Source: Mustelus asterias
Lineage: Eukaryota
Reading direction: 5' to 3'
DNA: 64,000 nt
Assembly (NCBI RefSeq): GCF_964213995.1
Contig: NC_135807.1
Span: 103,788,001 to 103,852,000, forward strand
The translations under genes and the position numbers were made by a program. A model generated the notes under the pieces. That model had not been told where the DNA came from, did no database searches, and worked only from the letters and a program-made list of their open reading frames with translations. Each line of letters opens with the position of its first letter. Positions within the stretch are counted from its first letter, which is position 1. Below are positions 24,798 to 37,899 of this stretch, piece by piece.

Positions 24798-25839
24798 CCA
24801 TGACCTCACTACTCTCAACCTCGTGTACACTGGATCTACAATTCAGGTTCCCATCCCCCTGCTGAATTAGTTTAAACCCTCCCAAAGAGCATTAGCAAAT
24901 TTCGCCCCCAGGATATTGGTACCCCTCTGGTTCACGTGTAGACCATCCCGTTTGTAGAGGTCCCACCTACCCCAGAATGAGCCCCAATTGTCCAGGTATC
25001 TGAATCCCTCCCTCCTGCACCATCCCTGTAGCCACGTCTTCAACTGCTCTCTCTCCCTATTCCCCTCCTCACTATCACGTGGCACGGGTAACAAACCAGA
25101 GATAACAACTCTGTTCTCGCCCTAAGCTTCCACCCTAACTCCCTGAATTTCTGCCTTCCATCCCCATCCCTTTTCCTACCTATGTCTTGGGTACCTGTGT
25201 GAACCACGACTTGGGGCTGGTCCCCCCTCCCCCTTAAGGATCCCGAAAACACGATCCGAGACATCACGGACCCTGGTACCTGGGAGGCAACAAACCAAAC
25301 GCGAGTCCCTCTCGTTCCCACAGAATCTCCTATCTATCCCCCTAACTATGGAGTCCCCAATAACTAATGATCTACTCCTCCCCCTCCTTCCTTTCTGAGC
25401 AACAGGGACAGACTCTGTGCCAGAGACCTGTACCCCACGGCTTACTCCTGTTAAGTCTTCCCCCCCCAACAGTATCCAAAACGGAATACTTGTTATTAGA
25501 GGAACAGGGGATCCAGGGAATCGCTGCTCTAACTGTTTCTTACCCCTTTTAGCCGTCACCTACGTATCATAATTTCTAGGAGTAGCTACCTCCCTGTAGC
25601 TTCTATCTATAGCTGCCTCTGCCTCCCAAATGATCCTGAGTTCATCCAGTTCCAGCTTCGGATCCCTAACACGGTCTTTAAGGAGCTGGAATTGGGTGCA
25701 CTTCCTGCAGGTGTGTCCCTGAGACTGATAGTCTGAATTTGTATCCTGCAAAGATCTGTGTTGGTTTCAACTGGTTACTTTATTCATTAAAACCATATTC
25801 ATTAATGCCTTTAATGATAAAACATGTAGCTACATGTCA

Positions 25840-26400
25840 AAATGACACACAAATAGTCAGCATTCTAGATGGAAGTACAAAATTACAGAGCAATATTGAT
25901 AGGTTAAGTAAATGGGTGAAACAGTGGCAAATGGACTTCTGTGTAGGGTAATGTTAGCTTATCCACTTTGACCTAAAAATGCTAGAAGATAGTACTTTCT
26001 AAATGGTGATATTCCCAAAACAGTGGAGTCCAAAGAGATTTTGGAAGCCCAAGTCTATAAAATCGTGAAAATGTCATGAACATGTACAGAAAATAATCAA
26101 AAAGGTGAATGGAATGCTGACCTTTAGACCTCAAAGACTACATATAAGGAGGTAAAGTCATGATGCTTCAGTTATGCAAAATGCTGTTAGACCACACCTA
26201 AAACGCACAATTCTGGAAACCAAGCCTTAGGAAGGATAAGTGGATCTTGGAAGGAATGGAGTGTAATATATGGCCTGCCAAGGGTTAAAGTACAAAGAGA
26301 CTTTACTAAAACTGGGGTTGTATTCCCTGAAATTTAGAAGGATAGGAATGATTTGATCACAGTTTTTGAGTTAAGAGAAACATAGGATAAATAAAGAGAA
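25840..26400 (+). mobile_element. Old CR1 RT C-terminal fragment
   Basis: LQSNIDRLSKWVKQWQMDF followed by degenerate CR1 sequence. Confidence 0.7.
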
Positions 26401-26523
26401 ACCATATGGGATTAGCTCCAGTAGGAGCATGGGCAACACCCACTGATATCACTTCGTAGCCTCTTTGAACTCCTCCAAGACTTCTCTATTCTCACTCTAC
26501 TTGTCCAAAATCTGATATCAAGT

Positions 26524-26795
26524 AAAGTTTATTTATTAGTCACAAGTAGGCTGATCACTAATGAAGCTACTGTGAAAATCCCCTAGTCACCACACTCCAA
26601 CGCCTGTTCGGTTACACTGAGGGACAATTTAACCTGAACAATTCACCTAATCAATACATCTTTTGGACTATGGGAGGAAACCTGGAGCACCTGGAGGAAA
26701 CCCACGCAGACATTGAGAGAACATGTAGACTCCGCAAAGACAGTGACCCAAGCCGGTTCCCTGGCGCTGTGAGGCAGCAGCGCTAACCAGTGTGT
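26524..26795 (-). mobile_element. V-SINE with alternative 3' tail
   Basis: HE1-like head and body. Tail ...gtgactaataaataaac is shared with the copy at 51335-51610. Confidence 0.75.
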
Positions 26796-27801
26796 CGGGG
26801 GGGGGGGGGGGGAGGAATACTTTTGCCCATCCAACAAGGTCAATGTCTTTGTCACTGATTCCATTCCCTTCCCTGACTCAGCCTGAACCATTTCCCCATC
26901 CTATTGGACCCTGTCCTAGGCTTCTGGCCTCCATATCTTCTCTATCACTTCGGTTCCTTACTTCCATTTTTGTAACATTGCCCTTCTCCATCCTTAACCT
27001 TGGACAATCTGCTGTCAGCACACTCAGCTTGTTACCTGCAGGCTCAACTATTAATAGTGCTTTCTTAACCAGTCTTCCATCACTCCCCTTAACCCTTGGC
27101 AAATGTAAAACTCTGCTCTTATCCTATCTGGCATTATGTCCTTCACTTCTAATTTAACATTTCAGGTAGCAAAATAAATGCTTATTGGATTTTGATAGAA
27201 ACTGAAATAATATGACGTTAAATTTGTATTTTCTTAAAAATAATTAGATATTGTATTGTCGAGAAACTTGATATTCCACAAATTTAAAATTAGTTTTCCA
27301 AGGCCAATGAGCATGTTTAGCAATAGTTATGAAATTACAGCACCATTAAAAGTTGTAACTCACCAACAAGGGGTAACTTTTTCACGAGTTCTTCGTGATT
27401 TTGACTGCATGTAATGGGAATTTTCTTGGCTGAGTTTTTGAATTGCTATTGATTATGAAGGGAGTCTGAGTTTTAAAAGTTATTATTAAAGAGTGAAATA
27501 TTATTCAATGAGATACCGATGGAATGAAAATTCTTCCAACCTCATTTCTCCATTCCCTTAATTTGAAATAAACTTTCAAAAGAAAGCAATAGCTTCTAGG
27601 GATAAAATGATACTCCCGTTGTAGGAGACAGTTCTGAGATCTCATGAACTGTTTGGTGTGAACAAGATGGAAGAGAAAGTAATTGGAGCAGTGGGAGGTT
27701 TGTGAGCTGCATAAACATCAGCACACATCAATTTGACTCTGTGGTCTGTTTCTGCGCTGTTTACTTTTTGTAAGGAAAAATAAAGCTTTGATAAATTACA
27801 G

Positions 27802-27949
27802 GGTATGGTGATCGCAGAGACAAAACGGCAAATGCATGAAACATTGGAAATTAAAGAAGAGGAAATCTCTCAACTTCGTGCAAGAATTCAGCAGTTCAGT
27901 GGACAACGTGAAGAACTGCTTGAACAGAAAGAGAAGTCTGACAAAGCTG
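27802..27949 (+). CDS. GOLGA4: GOLGA4 coding exon (6th in window)
   Basis: attacAG| acceptor, |GTAAGC donor. 148 nt, GMVIAETKRQMHETLEIKEEEISQLRARIQQFSGQREELLEQKEKSDKA plus 1 nt. Confidence 0.95.
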
Positions 27950-29604
27950 GTAAGCAATTCCTGCTATGTAATAATTTTTACATGTTTTCTTTGTTTCTTT
28001 TCAAAAGAAATTCCTTAAGTGGCTATCTAAGCTCAGTCAAATTCAATAAATAATTAGTGAGTACATCCAGATTTAATTGTAGAAGAAAAAATAGTGAGTC
28101 TGGTTCAGCCAGATATTTTACCAACAAATTAACAAGACATACTTCAGACATTAACTAGTAATTGAGCATTTGTGAAATCTGTCTCAGCTTCGATTGTTAA
28201 CTTATTTCCACAAACTTCTCTTAGTTTCTACTTTGTGCACCAGTTTTTATTGCACGTTTATCATCTCTGTGATTCTTAACTTTGAAAGATACACTAATGT
28301 CCAATAGTAGGTCAAAGGAACATTTTTACCATGTGTTGTTTCTTCATACTACTTTGGAAAGTCTGCTCGCACAGGCATTTCAGTATTAATACGATCAAAA
28401 CTTTCCGTGCTTGCAGGTGCTGTCTGTCAACATTCACTAGCTTTGCTTTGATGCTGCTCATCCCTTTGGCATTTTTCTGATGGTTGCAGTTTGTTAGTGA
28501 TAACTACACAGGATGTGGACTGAATATTTAAGTTGACTAATTTTAGAACAATTCAAGCTTCATCAGAAGCTTTTAACTTTTTACGTGTCAAAGTAGTGAT
28601 AGTGAGATAAATAGTCACTTGCTTTATACCATTATAATCCTTCCTTGGATCAAACATTGATCTTGTTTGAATGAGATAATAAACCAGTGTTTTATTAGTA
28701 AAGCATTATTGTTGTGGGTTAGGTGAGAATTTGATGCTATGGTGTACTTATTTGATGACCTAATTTGTCCAGTTTGATCATATATTTAATGGGAGGATAA
28801 TTTACAATCAGCTCATTGAAGCTGTTCGACAATAAGTGATGAGACCGTGCTGAACTTACTAAAGTAACAAAAGTAAGTTTTTGCCCATCTATTATTTCTT
28901 TCTACATTTCATTTATTATAAATGGTATAAAATTAAACCTTTTGGCTTCATTTTGAGTTTGTATGACTTCAGTTTAATTTTCCATGCCAATGATACAACA
29001 TCCTTCATTTTGTGCACAGAATAATGGCAAGGCTATCAGCGTTCGAGGTAGAGTAATTAATTGGAAAGCAACTTGCAATGTTTGCATATGCGCAGTTAAA
29101 TGCGGAAATCAGAAACTTCCTATCTAATTTGCCTTGATCTTTCAGAATCTTCATTGCACTGCTATCTCACTGAGCGATTTAGCATTGAAGCACATGACAG
29201 ACATGAAGTTAGGCCTTATCCATTCAAGAGTCGGTGAATTTTTAATGACATGCTGAGCCTTAATTATTGCCAAATGAACTCTCTGGAACTAAAAATTTGC
29301 TTTTACAAATTTCATGTCTCATTCTTTCACGTTGAAATTATTGTTTGAAATTCATAAGGGAAATGAAAAAATATTTTTCTGAACCTTTTTCTTTATCTCT
29401 TACTTTTTGCTTAATCCAATCTTTCCCTTTCCTGATTCCGTCTTTTGGGCATGAATTTACATTATATTAAATTTTCCAACTTAAAATTCCTAGTTCCGAC
29501 TTAGAGGTTTCAGTTTCGTTGATTGAAGAGGCGATGCCATTGCTTGCTTTGTTCACACACATCCGGGTTTCAAACATGGAGGATGGTAAATTGTTGCACA
29601 AATT

Positions 29605-31650
29605 GGGATGTTGATGTGGAGTGATAATGTTACTGGATTGGTAACCCCCCAAGCTAATGCTCTGAGTTGAGATTAACTAATAAATTTTGAATTAAAGCCA
29701 TGAAATTATTGGATTATCATAAAACCATATGCTTCACCTATATCCTTTAGGGAAGGACATCTGTCTCCTTACAGGTCAGTCCTATATGTGACTCTAGATC
29801 CACAGCAATGTGATTGACTTTTAACTGCCCTCTGAAATGGCCTGGCAAGCTCCTCAGTTTTAGAAAGCCAATGCAGAAAAGTTGAAAAGGAATGAAACAG
29901 TATAAACTACCCAGCATCGATCTAGTAACTGGAATTGGCAAAGGCCCAGTCAACCTTGAAAGTTCCTCCTTTCTGACATCTGGGGACTGTGCCAAAATTG
30001 GAAGATCTGTCCCACTGACTTTTGAAACAACACCTTGGCTTAGTCGTACTGACCAATTCATACTTTACGGACAATGTCCCAGGCATCTGAATCTGGGTAT
30101 GTCCTGATCCAGCTGCAGGACAGACTCATCAGAGATGATGGCACAGTGGCATACAATCAGAAAGGAGTGGTGAGGGAGTCCTCAACATTGACTCTGAACC
30201 CAATTATGTCTCTCAGCATCAGATCAAACACATGCCAAGTACCTCCTGCTGATTACCATTTACCATCCTCCCTGAGTATGGTAAATGAGTATCCTTGACC
30301 ATGCTGAGTATCCTTGACCATGTTGACTTTGGAACATGTTATTAACAACCTTATCAAGCGACACTTGCACAACAATTCCCTGCTCTCAGTTTCAGTTCCA
30401 CTTGGGCCTTCTAGCTCCTGACCTGGCCTTGGTCCAAACTTCGACAAAAGAGCTGAATTCAAGAGTTGAGGGATTGCCATTGACATTGAGGCAGCCTTTG
30501 ACCGAATACGGCATCAAGGAACCCTAAATAAATTGAGGTCAATGGGAATTAAGGTTGAAAGCTTTCCACTGGTTGGATTCTTATCTAGTGCAAAGGAAGA
30601 TGGCTTTGGTTGTTGGAGGCCAATCACCTCAGCCCCAGGACATGGCAGGAATTCCTCAAGGTAGTGTCTTAATCCCAACGATCTTCACCTGCGTAATCAA
30701 TGACCTTTCCTCCAAACTAAGGTTAGAAGTGGGGTGTTCGCTGATGATTGCAGTGTTCAGTTTCATTTACGGCTACTCAGGTACTGAAGCAATGTGTGTC
30801 CATATGCCAAACGACCTGGACAGCATTCAGTTTTGGGTTGATGAGTGGTAAGTAGCATTCATGCCAAATAAGTGCCAGGCATGACCATCTTGTACCAAAG
30901 AGAATCTAACCATCTTCCTTTGATATTGAATGGCATTTATCACCACTAATTTTCTCACTATCAACGTTCTAAGGGTTACCATTGACTAGAATCTTAATTG
31001 GGCCAGTAATATAAATCCTGTGGCTAAAAGAGTAGATCAGTGGTTGCAAATCTGCAATGATTAATTTGCCTGACCCCTCAAAATCCTGTCCACCATGTAG
31101 AAATGCCATGTCAGGAATATGATGAAATGCTGTGCACTTGCCTGGATGAGCTCCGAGAACACAAATTTAACAGTATCCAGAACTAAGTGGCCCACTGGAC
31201 CGGAAATCCAATCAACACCTTAAACATTCACAGAAGCATCGTAGCAGCAGTGTACAGCATCTACATGATGCAGTGCAGCAACTTGTCGAAACTCCTTTGA
31301 TTGCCGCCTTCTAAACTATGATTTCTAACACTGAGAAAGACAAGGGCAGCAGACACATGGGAAGACAACCACCTACAATTTCTCCTTCAATCCATGCACC
31401 ATCCTTAGTTGGAACTGTGCTACTTACCTTTCACTGTTGCTGAGTCAAATGCCAGGAACTCACTTCTTCACAGCACTTCGTAACAGCATTCGTAGCCATT
31501 TCATGGGCTTTTAGAAAATTCTTTCTTGGAGAGGGAATGTCGCTGACAAAGCTAACATTTTTTTCTCATTGATTCTGGAAGGTGGCTCACCTCCACCTTC
31601 TCAAGGGCAATTAAGGATGGGCAATAAATGCTTGCCTTGTCGGCGACCCT
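29605..31650 (+). mobile_element. Internally deleted CR1/L2-clade LINE with SINE-like 5' region
   Basis: APE N-terminal remnant (IWG.VPKL..L) near 29975, RT remnants (AAFDR, PQGSVL, FADDC) and tail gggcaataaatgc. Confidence 0.8.
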
Positions 31651-34600
31651 TCCACCCTGTGAAATAAGTTTTTAAAAGCCCATGAAAAATCTTTGGACAG
31701 CTGTAAGTGGAATGAATGGTGAGTGCTGTTGACTGCAAGATCCATGCAAAAGTATCCAGCAGCAATGATTCACTATGTTTCATAAATTTTAAACTTCAAC
31801 TTTAAAACTTAATATTAGATCTTCCATTTTTATCAATTTTTGTTTGGCACCATGAACAACTCTGTTCCGTACAATTTCTTTGTTTTCAAATTATTGAAGC
31901 ATAGGTAATTAAAATGAGAATATTTTTCTTTGCAAATGAGCAGTTGGAACACTACAATTGACTTCATTATGTGCAGATTATGGAGGGGGTAAACGCCTAA
32001 GACTACTCACTACTGATTCCCATGCAATGAAGCTGTTGAAAAAGATGCATGCGTGGGTATCGGGTGAGACCAGAAACCGGCTTGCCAAAGCTCCTTTCCC
32101 AAGTGATTGAATAGCCTGCTAACACTCAATCTTACTGAAAGAATAACCTCTTGGTGCTGACACCTGACTCCATTGTTAGAATTTTAAATTATAAATTGTG
32201 TAATAAAATTTTTTTAAATGTATTTGATAATAGCGTTCTGGCCCCTTGGTAGTTGATATGTCCAACTAAATTGCCATCTGATTGTCATTCATGTTTCCGT
32301 GCATCGTGTGTACATTTTACATGGTAGCAATTCTGTTTTGCTTTGGTATATGAGTAATGATAGCATTGTTAATAAGTTCTTAACAAAGATGGTGAAGTAT
32401 TAAGTATTGCTTGATGGAACACATTTTAATAGGTTACTGTTAAATGGAAGGCACTGTCAGATTTTCACTATTTTTAGTTTTAAGGTTCACTGTGCAGAAA
32501 TCTTACACAGCATTTTATTTCTGTACATCCACGCATGCCAATAAGTGAATCATGGTGCCTTTCCCAAGCCTTGTATGAACAGGACTGGGGTAAGGGCTCT
32601 TCTTTCTTACACTCCATAGTGCTTGCACTTGCTCAACAAGTAAACCCTATGCTTCTCAGGCAATAGTTTTACTCCTTTAATGACAAAAATCAATTGTTCC
32701 TTTCATGCAAAACACATAGTTAAAATAACGATGGAATTATTCATAAAGTTTTATATTTTTCCAATTTGTGTGCCTAGTTTCAGCATCTCTTTCAAAAATT
32801 TGTTGCATTGGTCCGTGTACTAAAATTAGTTTGGCATTTTTTTAAGAAGAAATTAAATAACAGGGACATATTTTTATTTTTTCCAGTTGCAAGTTGAAGA
32901 ATTGCACATATCTGAGCATGCCATTTGCAGTTAGATCCTTTAGACAATCAACACTAAAGCTGTTGCCCTGTTCAATAAGTTAGAATTCATTCATCTCCCA
33001 TTCTCCAACAGCCTCTCGTGAAAACCACTGAGTATTGCAGCACTTAGCTTTTTCACAGTGAAAAGATGTACTATATGCGAATAGTTTGACAGTCAGATGC
33101 TAGACCAATAATTGTTTTATAACATAATGGTGCCCTCTCATTGATTGTATGCAGTGGGTATTCAAGTGCTTTAGGTTTGTTGCTTACACAGAAGTTAATG
33201 TTCTATGTAAATTAAACTCCAAGGTAAGAAGCATTACTGCTTAATGTACTAGAAAGGCACGTGCACTCATACAGAGCAGAATTCCAAGTCGATATAAATT
33301 TGTATATTTAAGCTGCAGATGTCATTAATGCCAGCATTGGTGGCTGTGGCAAGACACCCACAGAATGTATTGGACTTGATTAGTTTCTGGGTTTTTTCTG
33401 ATTCGCTTTTGTCTGCCAATTTTCTCACCATTCGTATTATTCTGCTATTGAGTTCTTGCTTAAGTGACCTTTTTGATGTATGAGTGTTGGCAGGCTATAT
33501 CACAGCCCAGCCCAATTCTATTTCAGCTGATGACCAAGCCTGTGAGGATACATGTTGACATGAAGTGGGAATATTGCCTGCTTTTTATTTAACTTAAGAC
33601 TTTTCCTTTCTAAAACCAAGCCTCTGTTGAAGTAAGTTGTTACACCTGTACTACAAGCCAGCTGAGATCACCTATTTTGGTTCAGATTAGGGGTCAACCT
33701 TGAATTGGCTTGGTCACTATGGCTCAGCCACTCCAGAGCCTGAACGAGCTGAACTATGGGTGATGTCAGTAACTTGGGTATTTTATTCTGCTTCAAATCT
33801 TGGCTTTAAAATTTGGCAGATGCTTCTTTGATTCAAATAAACCACCAATTCTCTGTTGTTAAGTATCTTAGTTGAGCCGGTGCAGTTTATGTATTGATGC
33901 CTCATTGGAGTAATATTCTGTCTGGTGCAGTCTAACAGGCTGCGAAAACATAGCACCTCAGAATCAAATACTTCAGTGTATTATGTGCAAACGTTGAAGC
34001 AGCTGAATACCAACCAACTGACATCTGTCTGATTCCTCACTTGCAGTATTGGATAAATGTGATGTGTACAGGTAGACTGTAATCATAACATACATCGGCC
34101 ATTCTGGCTTTGCTGAATTCTAACAGTGCTGTGTGTTGTGCACGTACATAAGCAAGGCAACATCTTTCCATGTCCCAAGTTGCCCAGGTCAAAATAATAG
34201 CATGAGTTAGCTGAGTGCAGACCTTGATAAAATTGGGTAATTTGGGAGAGTGCTTAAATAAACTTTGCTATGCAATTGAATATTGAAATTATTTTCATAC
34301 AGTTACAGATAAACTTCATACTTGAACTTATTAATCAATACAACAAAAGTAATTCCTTTCAAAAACCACTGTGTTGTCCCACAAAGAGTGACACATCAAG
34401 TTTCACACAGGTTTTTGGATTCCTTTTGTAGTATTATTTTTTGAAGTCTGATATTGTGTGGGTGCCGGGGTAGAGGGTAATAGCAGGGGCAGGGCAAAAT
34501 TCATCCTTAATGTAAAGTAATTTAATTGCCTGAGATCCATAGTTTTAACTTTAAGTAGCCTTAATTGTGGTTTTGTGGAAGTTTGTCATTGTTGCTTGCT

Positions 34601-35487
34601 TCTTTCATTGATGTGTCATTGTTCACTGCAAAGAAAATGTCTGCTGATGTGTGCTGTGACAGTGACATAATAAAGCAGTACTTATGCATGTTGTGCTGTA
34701 GTTCACCATTGCAGATTATGTAAGATGAGCAAAATGGACCTTGACAGGTACAAGGACCAGTCACTTATTTTGTGTGGCAGATAATTCAAAAGATTTATAT
34801 GAAATAATAATCATCAAAAAACTAAAATGTACTGTTTCTTGCCTAGCCTTTGAAAGCAACTGAGAATGCATCTTACAGCTAACGCTTCTATATTGTAACT
34901 CCACACCAATAATTTTATATTAACTCTTGATGATGTTCATAGCTACATACTTATTTTGAGTTTTATAGTATGTAGAGCAATTGGAATGGCTCTGGTGATT
35001 CGATAAGATTTTTACATTTGTACAGGTGCTGCTATTATTATTTTGAACAGGTTAAGGAAATAGTTACAAATCCATTTTGGCATTAATGGCATGGCAGTTC
35101 TGGATGTAGGAACTAGAAGTTGAGTTTTATGGGCTTGCACAAAAAACTGCTATTTCTATTACGACTCAAAAAAAATTACTGATTAATTGTATGAATCTTT
35201 TTTTTAAAAGTCTGAATATCATTAATGTTCTTGCAATTGAAATCAACTGTGTAAATACCGTTGAGCATATTAACCGTATAGTGGGTTTTAAAAAAAAGAT
35301 GTTCTTGTGTGGTTTTTGTTACAGCTCTGTCCTTTGATGCTCTAATTTTTAACATTTCCTGCATTAATTTTCCCCAGATGTGTATAAATTTTGCTTTCAC
35401 CAGGAGTGTTTGATGGATTTTGGAAATGTTTTCTGAATTTCATCACTCTTCAAAGCAGTTGCTTTGGTTATAGTTTAAGCAAATTAT

Positions 35488-35563
35488 TTTCTAGCCAAGT
35501 GAATAATACCATAAAAATACGTATATTTCTAGCCAAGTGTATAATACCATAAAAATACATATA
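35488..35563. repeat. 38-bp tandem duplication
   Basis: tttctagccaagtg(a/t)ataataccataaaaatac(g/a)tata, two copies. Confidence 0.9.
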
Positions 35564-35667
35564 TTTACATAAAGCAACTAATGTAACATTAGTAGAACCG
35601 AGTGGTGAATGGTAGTTTGATTTGGCAACAGTATGGGGCGATTGTGTTTACTGCTTCTTTGGAATTA

Positions 35668-35832
35668 ACCAAGGGGCAATTTAGCATAGCCAATATTCCT
35701 ATCTTGCACATCTTTGGACTGTGGAGGAAACCCAAACAGACACAAGGAGAATGTACAAATTCCACACACTGTCACACAAGGCTGGAATTGAACCTGGGTC
35801 CCTGGCGCTGGGAGGCAGTCGTGCTAACCACT
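35668..35832 (-). mobile_element. HE1-type V-SINE fragment
   Basis: aaggggcaatttagcat...gtgctaacca. Confidence 0.8.
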
Positions 35833-36125
35833 TCCAACATGCTGCCCTTAAAAAGAAACCACACCTGGACTTTGAAGCTTTGAGTCCATTGAGACTGACC
35901 ACTGACTGCTGCAACCGAACTGAGAGTCCTAAGAAAATATCTGCCAGACCGGGCCTGCGACAGGTGGTGGGAAGACCAAAAAAGAGGGGAAAACCTATTT
36001 GACTTGGCTCTCAATAGTCTCCCTGTTGATAGATGCATCTATCTGTCCATTGCAGAAAGGGTGACAATTGCACAGTCCTTGTGCAGGCAAAGTCCCACAT
36101 TTATACTGAGGATACCCTCCACTAA

Positions 36126-36590
36126 AATCATAGAATCCCTACAGTGCAGAAGGAGGCCATTTGGCCCATTGAGTCTGCACTGACAACAATCCCACCCAGG
36201 CCCTATCCCCGTAGCCCTGATAATCCCCCTGATAAACTAAGGGAGATTATTTTAGCATGCCCAATCAATCAAACCCACACATCTTTGGAATTCTGGAGGA
36301 AACTCGCGCAGACACAGGGAGAATATGCAGACTCCACATCGACCCAAGCTGGGAATTGAACCCTGGTCCCTGGCACTGTGAGGCGAACCACAGTGCCACA
36401 CCATCAGTCCAAAGATGCACAGGTTAGGAGATTGGTCATGCTAAATTGTCCCTTAGTGCCTCAAGATGTGTACATTAGGGGACTTAGCAGGGTAAATGGA
36501 GTTACAGGGAAAAGCTGGGGGTGAGATTTGGGGCAAACTTGATGTGCCAAATGGCTGCTTTCTGCATTGTAGAGATTCTATGATTCTATG
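36126..36590. mobile_element. Two HE1-type SINE copies in inverted arrangement (- then +)
   Basis: Minus copy 36126-36400 and 5'-truncated plus copy 36405-36590, with tails pointing outward. Confidence 0.8.
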
Positions 36591-37491
36591 CTAAATGGGA
36601 TAAATTCAGAACAAATCTCGCAGTTCATATCTGATCATGAGCATCCGTGAGGCAGCGTGGGTTATCGCAGCAGAATTATGTTCAACTAAGACGTGTCATG
36701 TAAAATCATGCTTTATATCAAAAATTGAATTTTGAACGTACTGGCTGGAAACCCTAACTGATTTTTCGAAAGATGAAAGCCTCATTCCAGTGACTTTGGA
36801 GCACAGTCATTTGCATCACTTTACCTTCTGCATTCCAAGACTGTTAAAATGGATACAACCTGTATGCAAAGCTGCACTGGGACCAATGACCTTGAAAGAG
36901 AATGAGTGGGGTCCATCTTCAATCCCATTAGCACAACATCTAGACAAGCACCTGGATATTCAACTAAGTGGAGACAAAACATTGAACATAATGATGTGGA
37001 CAATGGGACCCTGGCTAAGAGAAGAATTCCTAACCATGGTCAAAGTAAAGTAAATGTAATATACTACACAAGAGCATATTTGCATCATGCGACATTTGGC
37101 GAACAAGGCTCATGTGGTAAACCAAGTGCAGGTCATATTTTAAGCATCTGCTTTCTCTGCAGAATGGGGCAAGTCATTGAAGGAACAAGACTATCCCCAG
37201 GCAAACTTGCTCGTTTAACTCTGTCTGCTGATTTTGACTATCCAGGTATCATAGAGATTTTTAAAAGAATTTAATGCGGTGTTGTCTCCAGAAGTCAGTT
37301 CTTTTTTGTTGTCTTATTTAGGCCAGGTTAAGTGCAATTAAACTATCCTCTTTCTCTTATAAAAATTCAAGAAAGCCTGTCTCATCATGTCGATTAGGTA
37401 ACAAGACCTAAACAGTTAAAAACTCATGGAATTGTGACTAGACCTATTTTTAAAAAAGCTTGTTGTGGTCAAACAAGAAGAGTGGAGTTGG

Positions 37492-37835
37492 TTGTGTCGT
37501 ATTGTCATTGGGTGAGTAATCCAGAGATCAAGGGTAATGCCCTGGGCACCTGGATTCAAATCCCACATTGACAGATGGTAAGATTTGAATTGAACTAAAA
37601 AATCTGTAATTAAAATATTCTAATACCATAGTACCATTGTCAATTGTCACAAAAACCCATCTGGTTCACTAATGTCCTTTGGGGAAGGGAATCTGCCATC
37701 TTTACCTGGTCTGGCCTGCAAGTGTCTCCAAACCCACAGCAATGTGGTTGATTCTTAAATGCTCTCTGAAATGACCAAGCAAGCCACTCATCCCAAGAGC
37801 AATTCAGAATGGGCAATAAATGCTGGCCCAGCCAG
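37492..37835 (+). mobile_element. tRNA-head SINE, probably Meta-domain type
   Basis: B-box-like ggattcaaatccc, core ggttcactaatgtcctttgggg...cccacagcaatgtggttga and tail gggcaataaatgctggcc. Confidence 0.7.
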
Positions 37836-37899
37836 AGACACCCATTTTAAAAAAAAAACCTCAACACCCCCCATACCTGATTATAACCATAACCTTATG

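Larger units (their letters stand above)
20085..25720 (-). mobile_element. Near full-length CR1 LINE (ORF1 Zn-finger/esterase + ORF2 APE-RT), disrupted
   Basis: ORF1 pieces CRKC.., VIGDSIVRG and DGLHVN (24867-25720). APE pieces NARCIRNK, ISETW, GDFN and SDH (23260-23970). 595-aa RT ORF 20422-22209 (PQGSVLGP, FADD). (gttctat)n tail near 20085. Confidence 0.93.

Noticed and set aside
36790-37274. Overlapping 87-122 aa ORFs
   Set aside because: No recognisable motif or splice context, and they are not needed for the GOLGA4 frame.
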